24,000 bases of DNA from positions 10,025-34,024 of the forward strand of contig JBLFZF010000019.1 of assembly GCA_047610145.1 (NCBI GenBank). Reading direction: 5' to 3'. Positions 15,471 to 22,154 of the stretch are shown piece by piece (the stretch's first letter is position 1; every line of letters starts with the position of its first letter). The notes under the pieces were generated by a model. That model was not told the origin of the DNA. It was given only the letters and a program-made list of their open reading frames with translations, and ran no database searches. Source of the stretch: Salibacteraceae bacterium (GTDB lineage: Bacteria > Bacteroidota > Bacteroidia > Flavobacteriales_G > Salibacteraceae). The position numbers were made by a program, and so were the translations under genes.

Positions 15471-16562
15471 ATGAGCGAGATTAACCACAACTGGACAAAA
15501 GAAGAAATTTTAGCCATTTATAATAAGCCTATGATGGAATTGCTTTACGAAGCAGCAACCATACATAGAGCGGGTCACAACCCGAATCAGGTGCAGGTTT
15601 CTACCTTGCTTTCTATAAAAACAGGAGGCTGTCCTGAAGATTGTGGCTACTGTCCGCAAGCCGCTCGTTACCATACTGACATCGAAGGAAACGACCTTAT
15701 GACGGTCTCTCACGTAAAAGCACAAGCACTCCGCGCTAAGGCATCTGGTAGCTCCCGTGTATGCATGGGAGCCGCATGGAGAAATGTAAAAGACGGCCAG
15801 GAGTTTGATCAAGTTTTAGAAATGGTTCGTACCATTAACAAACTAGAGATGGAGGTTTGTTGTACCCTTGGAATGATTACTGAAAATCAAGCACATCGCT
15901 TAGCGGAAGCTGGATTATACGCCTACAATCATAATTTAGATACTTCAGAAGATTACTATAAAGACGTTATTTCTACGCGTGCCTATCAGGATAGATTGGA
16001 CACGATTGGGAATGTTCGTAAAACAAATGTCACGGTTTGTAGTGGCGGGATTATTGGCATGGGTGAGAAGATTGAAGATAGAGCTGGCATGTTGGTTGCG
16101 CTGGCATCCTTGAGCCCGCAACCAGAATCTGTCCCTATTAACGCTTTAGTTGCTGTTGAAGGCACTCCCATGGAAGATGTGGAGCCAATTTCGATTTGGG
16201 AAATGATCCGAATGGTTGCCACCACACGTATTGTTATGCCTAATACGCAGGTTCGTCTTTCTGCGGGACGTACGGAAATGAGCAGAGAAGGACAAGCTAT
16301 GTGTTTCTTTGCGGGTGCAAACTCTATTTTTGCTGGAGATAAACTGCTCACAACACCAAACCCAGATGTAAATGAAGACATGAAAATGTTTGAGCTATTA
16401 GGTTTGGAGCCTATGAAACCCTTTGTTAAAAAAGCGCAGCCTGAAACAGTTGAAGCAACAGAGTCAAAATTGCAACCCTTAGGTGAAAAACCAAAATGGA
16501 CGCGTCCAGGGCATAGTATTGAGCGCAACGAAGAAGCTAAAGCAAAGGCCAAAGTAAAATAG
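15471..16562 (+). CDS. bioB: Biotin synthase (radical SAM)
   Basis: It has the CPEDCGYCPQ radical-SAM cluster motif, full-length BioB similarity, and a lysine/alanine-rich C-terminal tail (EEAKAKAKVK). Confidence 0.96.
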   Translation: MSEINHNWTKEEILAIYNKPMMELLYEAATIHRAGHNPNQVQVSTLLSIKTGGCPEDCGYCPQAARYHTDIEGNDLMTVSHVKAQALRAKASGSSRVCMGAAWRNVKDGQEFDQVLEMVRTINKLEMEVCCTLGMITENQAHRLAEAGLYAYNHNLDTSEDYYKDVISTRAYQDRLDTIGNVRKTNVTVCSGGIIGMGEKIEDRAGMLVALASLSPQPESVPINALVAVEGTPMEDVEPISIWEMIRMVATTRIVMPNTQVRLSAGRTEMSREGQAMCFFAGANSIFAGDKLLTTPNPDVNEDMKMFELLGLEPMKPFVKKAQPETVEATESKLQPLGEKPKWTRPGHSIERNEEAKAKAKVK

Positions 16563-16582
16563 CGTTTTAAGGGCTAAGTTTC

Positions 16583-16602
16583 TTCCGAAATTTCTTTCGG
16601 AA
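16583..16602 (+). terminator. Hairpin downstream of bioB (TTCCGAAA tttc TTTCGGAA); weak terminator candidate
   Basis: It is an 8-bp perfect stem 21 nt after the bioB stop. An A-run rather than a T-run follows, so function is uncertain. Confidence 0.35.
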
Positions 16603-16682
16603 AAAATTACTACACAATTTATAACATGATATTGCCGTTCTAAGGGCCTGTCAAGATCTACCTAATTCTTAAATTTTATTAT

Positions 16683-17318
16683 ATGAAAAGAATGCTTTTT
16701 TTAGCAGCGGCCTGTGCCGTGATGCTAGGTTGTTCAAAAAATGATGATGACACTAACAGAAACTGTTCAAAGCCACAAAACCTGTCCATCGATCAAGTTA
16801 ATAGTACCTCCGCTTTTTTCAGTTGGGATACGGGAGGGGAATCTGCCTTTGAAATTGAATACGGAGTACGCGGTTTTAGATTAGGGGAAGGAACTATCAG
16901 ACAAACCTCACAAACCGAATATTTAATTGACGGATTAACGCCAGTGACAGAATATAAAGTGTATCTCCGCTCCAACTGCGGAAGCGATGGATACAGTAGT
17001 TACATTTCGGCTGTTTTACTGACACTTGAGAATACTGACGCCTGTCATACACCAACTAATCTGGAGTTAGTAGCAGTAGATTCTAATAGTATTGAACTCA
17101 CTTGGGACGAAAATAATGAGGCTGCTTGGGAAGTGGAATATGGCACTAATGGATTCCCTTTGGGCGCAGGTATCATCATTCAAACCACACAAAGTAATGT
17201 TGAAATCATGGACTTGTTGCCTGCCACAACCTATGAAATTTATACGCGAGCCAATTGCGGTGATGATGGATACAGTGGTTATTCTGAACAGTTAGTTGTC
17301 ACAACGGATGGAATTTAA
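16683..17318 (+). CDS. Lipoprotein with two tandem fibronectin type III-like domains
   Basis: It has a lipobox (VMLGC-SKN). Two ~88-aa repeats each start C-x-x-P-x-N-L, contain W-[ED]-x-x...[FW]E[IV]EYG..GF.LG.G, and end R-[SA]-N-C-G-[SD]-D-G-Y-S. Confidence 0.85.
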   Translation: MKRMLFLAAACAVMLGCSKNDDDTNRNCSKPQNLSIDQVNSTSAFFSWDTGGESAFEIEYGVRGFRLGEGTIRQTSQTEYLIDGLTPVTEYKVYLRSNCGSDGYSSYISAVLLTLENTDACHTPTNLELVAVDSNSIELTWDENNEAAWEVEYGTNGFPLGAGIIIQTTQSNVEIMDLLPATTYEIYTRANCGDDGYSGYSEQLVVTTDGI

Positions 17319-17330
17319 TAGCTTTTTAAT

Positions 17331-17360
17331 GAAGAGCGCGGTTTAACTGCGCTCTTTTTA
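17331..17360 (+). terminator. Rho-independent terminator after the Fn3 lipoprotein gene
   Basis: The stem AAGAGCGC / GCGCTCTT (8 bp, 9-nt loop) is followed by TTTTTA. Confidence 0.75.
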
Positions 17361-17385
17361 TACGGTACGTTTATCTAAAGTTTTG

Positions 17386-17393
17386 TAATTTTG
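17386..17393 (+). promoter_or_regulatory. Candidate -7 box TAatTTTG for the cupin/OMP gene pair
   Basis: It is an exact TAnnTTTG match 16 nt upstream of the ATG at 17410. Confidence 0.35.
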
Positions 17394-17409
17394 TTCGAAG
17401 GAATATTCC

Positions 17410-18276
17410 ATGCAATTACAAGAAATAGATAGAGTCAAGACGATCACAAAGGAAGATTTCCTAAGGCTTTACTTTAGGCCTCAAAGACCTGTTGTTATTG
17501 AACAATTTGTGGATGATTGGCCCGCTATTGAAAAATGGGATTTAGATTATATGGCGGAAGTAGCCGGAGACAAGGAAGTGCCGTTGTATGATAATAGACC
17601 TGTGGACTATAAGGATGGCTTTAATGAGCCCCACGCCACCATGAAAATGCGAGAATACGTGGACTTGCTGAAGAAGGAACCCACGAAGTTTCGAATTTTT
17701 CTTTGGAACATTCTTAAGGAAGTGCCAGAACTCCAAAAAGACTTTACATTTCCAGACTTTGGTCTAAAGCTTATGAAGGGCCTGCCAATGTTGTTTTTTG
17801 GTGGAAGAGATTCCTATACTTTCATGCATTACGATATTGATTTGGCGAATATTTTTCACTTTCATTTTCAAGGCGAAAAAGAAGCCATTCTTTTTAATCA
17901 AAAACAGAATAAGTACCTTTATAAGGTTCCTCATTCTTTGATTGCAAGAGAAGATATAGATTTTGCCAATCCAGATTATGAGAAATGGCCGGCATTGAAA
18001 AATGCGAAAGGATTTAAAGCCAAACTGGAGCATGGCAATGTTTTGTATATGCCTGAAGGATATTGGCATTATATGCGTTATATAACCCCTGGTTTTTCCA
18101 TGAGTTTACGAGCTATCGCTCGGAATCCTAAAAATTTAGGTAAAGCGGTTTATAATATTTTTGTGATGAGGCATTATGATAATCTTATGCGTAGAATAAA
18201 AGGACAAGCATGGATTGATTGGAAAAATAAAGAGGCAATTAAGAAAACTAATAAGAATGTAGCTAACACACAATAA
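17410..18276 (+). CDS. Cupin-like / JmjC-domain protein (probable Fe(II)/2-oxoglutarate-dependent hydroxylase)
   Basis: FMHYDID supplies the His-x-Asp, and EGYWHYMRY supplies the distal His of a JmjC/cupin facial triad. The N-terminal part shows the typical cupin_8 pattern (FLRLYFRPQRPVVIEQFVDDWPAIEKW). Confidence 0.8.
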   Translation: MQLQEIDRVKTITKEDFLRLYFRPQRPVVIEQFVDDWPAIEKWDLDYMAEVAGDKEVPLYDNRPVDYKDGFNEPHATMKMREYVDLLKKEPTKFRIFLWNILKEVPELQKDFTFPDFGLKLMKGLPMLFFGGRDSYTFMHYDIDLANIFHFHFQGEKEAILFNQKQNKYLYKVPHSLIAREDIDFANPDYEKWPALKNAKGFKAKLEHGNVLYMPEGYWHYMRYITPGFSMSLRAIARNPKNLGKAVYNIFVMRHYDNLMRRIKGQAWIDWKNKEAIKKTNKNVANTQ

Positions 18277-18278
18277 TC

Positions 18279-18770
18279 ATGAAAAATCTATTTATCATTG
18301 TTGCGATTTTAAGCATGAATTTTGCGTTTTCACAAGCATACACTGGCGCCGGGGATGTGAAATTTCAATTAGGAGCTAATATCCAAAGCGGTGGAAATGG
18401 TATTGCAGGTTCGTTGGGTTTTGGACTGGGAGAAAACATTTCTATTGGCGTATATTCTGCTTATTTATTAGGTATTCAGGATTCTTTGGAGCCAGAATTT
18501 AAAGATCGGTTTGATATTCAAGGAAGGTTTAATGCCAATTTGGGAAGCGTTCTTGGAGCAAGCCCAAACCTAGATGTCTATCCTGGTTTACATCTAGGTA
18601 CTCGAAATTTTGGAGGACATATTGGCTTACGTTATTTCTTTTCGCCTAGCTTTGGTTTATATTCTGAAGTACATGTTCCGTTTGCTTTTTATAATCCCAA
18701 TACGTTGAAAGCTGAAGAGGAGCTCAACAATCAGTTCGTTTTTACGATTGGGGCTTCTTTTAATATCTAG
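18279..18770 (+). CDS. Small outer-membrane beta-barrel protein (163 aa)
   Basis: The signal peptide is MKNLFIIVAILSMNFAFSQ. It has alternating Gly/aromatic beta-strand patterns and the C-terminal motif FTIGASFNI. It starts 2 nt after the cupin stop. Confidence 0.75.
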   Translation: MKNLFIIVAILSMNFAFSQAYTGAGDVKFQLGANIQSGGNGIAGSLGFGLGENISIGVYSAYLLGIQDSLEPEFKDRFDIQGRFNANLGSVLGASPNLDVYPGLHLGTRNFGGHIGLRYFFSPSFGLYSEVHVPFAFYNPNTLKAEEELNNQFVFTIGASFNI

Positions 18771-19270
18771 CGTATTTCTCGAATATAATCATACACCATA
18801 CTACTTTCCCAACCGCGGTATAGTAGATAATCTGCTGTCTTTTTTCTTTTTTTCTGAAGGTCTTTCTCTGAAATTAATTGAGCGAGTCGTTTTTCGGCAA
18901 GTGCATCAAAGGTTTGGTAATACTCAGAATCGGGAATTTCTTTAAGTGCTAGCTTGATATTATAGGCTGAGATGGCACGTTGCTTTAGTTCCCGAATAAT
19001 TCTAACTTTCCCCCACTTTTTCATTCTGAATTTCCCTCTCGCGAATGCCTGTGAGAATCGGGATTCGTTTAAGAAATTATGCTGCAGCAAGTGATGAATT
19101 ATTTGTGCCTTGGCCTCAGGAATCATCCGCATTTCATATAGTTTCTGCTCTACTTCTTTATGACAGCGTTCTTGGTATGCGCAGTATTTTTCGAGACGCC
19201 TTTTGGCTTCTTCTACGGTGTATGTTTTTGTTGGTTTCACTACGTGAAAATAGTTTTTTTTTCTGTTCAT
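18767..19270 (-). CDS. recX: Recombination regulator RecX
   Basis: It is 167 aa with the RecX three-repeat helical pattern (EEAKRRLEKYCAYQERCHKEVEQKL..., FLNESRFSQAFARGKFRMKKWGKVRIIRELKQRAIS..., KKTADYLLYRGWESSMV). Confidence 0.85.
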   Translation of the reverse strand: MNRKKNYFHVVKPTKTYTVEEAKRRLEKYCAYQERCHKEVEQKLYEMRMIPEAKAQIIHHLLQHNFLNESRFSQAFARGKFRMKKWGKVRIIRELKQRAISAYNIKLALKEIPDSEYYQTFDALAEKRLAQLISEKDLQKKRKKTADYLLYRGWESSMVYDYIREIR

Positions 19271-19829
19271 TTCTTTTGCTTGTCCAAAAGAAACGAACCA
19301 AAGAAAAAGACCCTTTTACTAAGGTATTTTTGATTCACTTTTAGTTCATAAAAACCGTTCGCATGTTTCTAAATTCACTACAAGGCTTCGCGAATTTTTA
19401 ACGAAACATGCTCACATATACTCAAGTAAAAGATTTTAATATTGGAATGAGCCAAAACTAAAAATTGCCCTCGCATTCGACACTTCAACTTCGTTCAGTA
19501 CGGCTTCAGGTTTGGACCCCTTCCGTCAATGCTTAGCTTTGACATCTTTCCCTAACTAGGGAAGGATCTTTCTAATCTCTTACATTAGGATCAAACGCTC
19601 CCCTCCTTTTTAAGGGAGGGGTGGCCGCGATAGCGGACGGGGTGGGTGCGTTAGCGATAGCAGTGTAAATCCTTTTTTATTGTCAATGACCTTTCGACTC
19701 GCTTCACGAGCTACCTTCGTTACAGAATATATTCTGTTTCTCGATAATGCTCAAGGTGACAATAAAAAAGATTGAAACGAATAGCGCGACCGTACCGAAG
19801 GTAGGGAAACGCCCTTAAAAATAGCGCAT

Positions 19830-19861
19830 AAAAAAACCCCTCAAATATAAATCTGAGGGGT
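19830..19861 (-). terminator. Rho-independent terminator of the RNase E/G-family gene
   Basis: The minus strand reads ACCCCTCA gatttatatt TGAGGGGT followed by TTTTTTT. It begins 8 nt after the stop codon. Confidence 0.85.
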
Positions 19862-19868
19862 CTTAGGG

Positions 19869-21413
19869 TTATTTTATCCGTTCACCATTTTTGTCATAAA
19901 AATGATATTCCAGATACGTGTAAGCATCTCTTGGTTGAATTGTCACCCATTTCTTGTGTTCCATAAACCATTTGGAACGCATAGATGGAAAACCTTTTGT
20001 TAAAAAGGCCGCTATAAAAGGGTGGGTATTTAATGTCACCTTCTTATAGTCTTTTTTGAAGAGGTTTTTAACATCTTCATTAATCCTATTAACCACGTTA
20101 ATTGGCGCTTCAACTTCGCCGTCATTACCCATTTCGGGATTTTCTTCACGTGTTTTAATATTCATTTCTGGCCGCACACGTTGTCTTGTAATTTGGATTA
20201 ATCCAAACTTCGTGGGTGGAAGAATTTTGTGTTTTGCTCTATCATCTGCCATTTCATCGCGCAAATGATTATAAAGCATTTTACGGTTTGCAGCAGCTCC
20301 CATATCAATGAAATCTACTACAATAATTCCTCCCATATCACGTAAACGTAATTGGCGAGCTACCTCAGAGGCAGCGATAATATTTACTTCGAGAGCAGTG
20401 TCTTCTTGGTTCTTAGCTTTGTTACTACGGTTACCACTATTCACGTCTATTACGTGCATGGCTTCCGTGTGCTCAATTACCAAATAGGCTCCTTTACTGC
20501 CTGAAACAGTTCTCCCAAAGGAAGTTTTAATTTGTCTCTCAATTCCAAATTTTTCAAAAAGTGGAACTTTTGAGTCATACAACTTCACGATATTTTCATT
20601 ATTAGGTGCTATTTCCTGCACATAATCTTTAATTTGTAAGTATAGGGTTTCGTCATCAATGTAAATATTCGAGAAAGAATCGTTAAAAAGATCTCGAATG
20701 ATAGATGCTCCCCTATTTAGCTCACTCAACACCTTTGATGGGTGGTGTGCCCCTTGTAGCGTTTTACACATCGCTGTCCAGCGATCAACGAGATTTTGTA
20801 AATCTCTATCCAGTTCTGCTACTTTTTTGCCCTCTGCTACTGTACGTATAATGACACCAAATCCTTTAGGTCGAATGCTTGTAATTAAGCGTTTCAACCT
20901 TTCTTTTTCTTCTTTAGACTCTATTTTCTGTGAAATAGAAATCCGGTCGGAAAAAGGCACTAGAACGATATATCGTCCGGCTATTGAAAGCTCAGAACTA
21001 ATACGCGGTCCTTTTGTGGATATAGGTTCTTTTACGATTTGTACCAGAGTAGATTGATTAGATTTTAAGGCATCGTTAATGCCGCCATGCTTATCAATCT
21101 CTTTTTCAAGTGGAAATTCTTTTAAAGTATAATCTTTAAGTTTACCTGTGCTTACACGTTTTATGAATTTCAAAAGGGAAAGTACTTTCGGACCTAAATC
21201 GTGATAGTGCAAAAATGCATCTTTCTCGTAACCAACATTAACAAATGCTGCGTTAAGTCCTGGAACAGTTTTCCTGATTTTGGCGAGGTATACATCGCCA
21301 ACAGCAAACTTGTTTCCTTCTTCTTCCTTATGTAATTCTAATAGTCTTCCATCTTTTAAAAGGGCAAAATCAACTTCTTGTGAACTGGATCTAATAAATA
21401 ATTCGTAGCTCAC
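19869..21413 (-). CDS. rng: Rne/Rng-family ribonuclease (RNase G-like, 514 aa, GTG start)
   Basis: It has an N-terminal S1 domain (GDVYLAKIRKTVPGLNAAFVNVGYEKDAFLH) and the catalytic region IEHTEAMHVIDVNSG ... GGIIVVDFIDM. Stops lie immediately upstream of the GTG. Confidence 0.92.
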   Translation of the reverse strand: MSYELFIRSSSQEVDFALLKDGRLLELHKEEEGNKFAVGDVYLAKIRKTVPGLNAAFVNVGYEKDAFLHYHDLGPKVLSLLKFIKRVSTGKLKDYTLKEFPLEKEIDKHGGINDALKSNQSTLVQIVKEPISTKGPRISSELSIAGRYIVLVPFSDRISISQKIESKEEKERLKRLITSIRPKGFGVIIRTVAEGKKVAELDRDLQNLVDRWTAMCKTLQGAHHPSKVLSELNRGASIIRDLFNDSFSNIYIDDETLYLQIKDYVQEIAPNNENIVKLYDSKVPLFEKFGIERQIKTSFGRTVSGSKGAYLVIEHTEAMHVIDVNSGNRSNKAKNQEDTALEVNIIAASEVARQLRLRDMGGIIVVDFIDMGAAANRKMLYNHLRDEMADDRAKHKILPPTKFGLIQITRQRVRPEMNIKTREENPEMGNDGEVEAPINVVNRINEDVKNLFKKDYKKVTLNTHPFIAAFLTKGFPSMRSKWFMEHKKWVTIQPRDAYTYLEYHFYDKNGERIK

Positions 21414-21428
21414 TTGCTATTAATTTTG

Positions 21429-21445
21429 ATCCGCCTTGGGCGGAT
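21429..21445 (-). other. GC-rich hairpin (ATCCGCC ttg GGCGGAT) 15 nt upstream of the rng start codon
   Basis: It is a 7-bp perfect stem with a 3-nt loop in the presumed rng 5' leader. Confidence 0.4.
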
Positions 21446-21577
21446 GGATTAAACAATAAATTATCACAGGTTTTTAACCCGTCGAAATTACCAACGACTA
21501 ATTTAGTCAATGTAATCTCATTTTCAATGAACGTTTGATTTGTTTTCTCGATTCAAAGTTCGAGTGGTTTTTAAACC

Positions 21578-21605
21578 AAAGAAGTAGTGATAACACTACT
21601 TCTTT
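21578..21605 (-). terminator. 12-bp perfect hairpin overlapping the stop codon of the small basic ORF; likely terminator of the HU/small-ORF unit
   Basis: AAAGAAGTAGTG (21578-21589) and CACTACTTCTTT (21594-21605) are exact reverse complements with a 4-nt loop. On the minus strand the stem's own CUUCUUU end is followed by GGUUU. Confidence 0.5.
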
Positions 21606-21685
21606 TTGTGGCGATTAGCGCGTCTTCTCTTTTTACGCTTATGCGTCGCTACCTTATGTCTTTTTCTTTTTTTACCACTTGGCAT
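21596..21685 (-). CDS. Unannotated 29-codon ultra-basic peptide, MPSGKKRKRHKVATHKRKKRRRANRHKKK (bS22 / AURKAIP1-COX24-like ribosomal-protein candidate)
   Basis: It has an ATG start at 21683-21685 and a TAG stop at 21596-21598. Twenty of 29 residues are K, R or H. It lies 45 nt downstream of HU on the same strand and is followed by a strong hairpin. It is absent from the ORF track because of the 60-aa cut-off. Confidence 0.6.
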   Translation of the reverse strand: MPSGKKRKRHKVATHKRKKRRRANRHKKK

Positions 21686-21730
21686 ATTAAAATTGTTTTA
21701 TAAAGCCCCACTTGACGAGGAGCGGATTAA

Positions 21731-22021
21731 TTATTTTACTTCAACGTTGGTCTTAACTCCTTCTACAAAAACTTTTGCAGGTTTAAATGCAGGGATATTG
21801 TGCGCAGGAATTTTGATTGTTGTATTCTTAGAAATGTTTCTTCCTGTTTTTTCAGCTCTTTTCTTGATAATAAAGCTTCCAAATCCTCTTAAATAAACGT
21901 TGTCACCACTTTCTAGGGAAGTTTTAACTTCTTCCATAAAGGTTTCAACTGTAGCTTGTACATCTCCTTTTTCCATTCCTAGTTTTTCTGAAATCTTCGC
22001 TACGATATCTGCTTTCGTCAT
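21731..22021 (-). CDS. HU-family nucleoid-associated DNA-binding protein
   Basis: MTKADIVAKISEKLGMEKGDVQATVETFMEEVKTSLESGDNVYLRGFGSFIIKKRAEKTGRNISKNTTIKIPAHNIPAFKPAK is a canonical HU/IHF fold sequence. Confidence 0.95.
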   Translation of the reverse strand: MTKADIVAKISEKLGMEKGDVQATVETFMEEVKTSLESGDNVYLRGFGSFIIKKRAEKTGRNISKNTTIKIPAHNIPAFKPAKVFVEGVKTNVEVK

Positions 22022-22076
22022 TATTTTTAATTTTTTAATTGTTGTTGTAAATTATTGGGTTTGTTTTACAAGATGG

Positions 22077-22084
22077 CAAATATA
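22077..22084 (-). promoter_or_regulatory. Candidate -7 box TAtaTTTG for the HU gene
   Basis: The plus strand reads CAAATATA, the reverse complement of TATATTTG. It lies 55 nt upstream of the HU ATG. Confidence 0.4.
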
Positions 22085-22154
22085 ATAATTTTATAATCAA
22101 ATACTCATTAGGTAAACCGTTAAAAAGTAAATACATAACTATTATTTTAGCCAG

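Noticed and set aside
15986-16552. 188-aa minus-strand ORF, plus the 100-aa ORF at 15510-15812, inside bioB
   Set aside because: Both are entirely antisense to a full-length, motif-perfect biotin synthase. Their composition is Ser/Ala/Pro-rich 'shadow' sequence with no recognisable domain, start context or promoter.
20056-21057. Plus-strand ORFs of 70 aa and 119 aa within rng
   Set aside because: They are antisense to a conserved RNase E/G-family CDS, with no independent support.
21606-21896. 96-aa plus-strand ORF from the track
   Set aside because: It is antisense to both the HU gene and the 29-codon basic ORF. It is a hydrophobic low-complexity translation of the complement of Lys/Arg codons, so the minus-strand genes explain the region.
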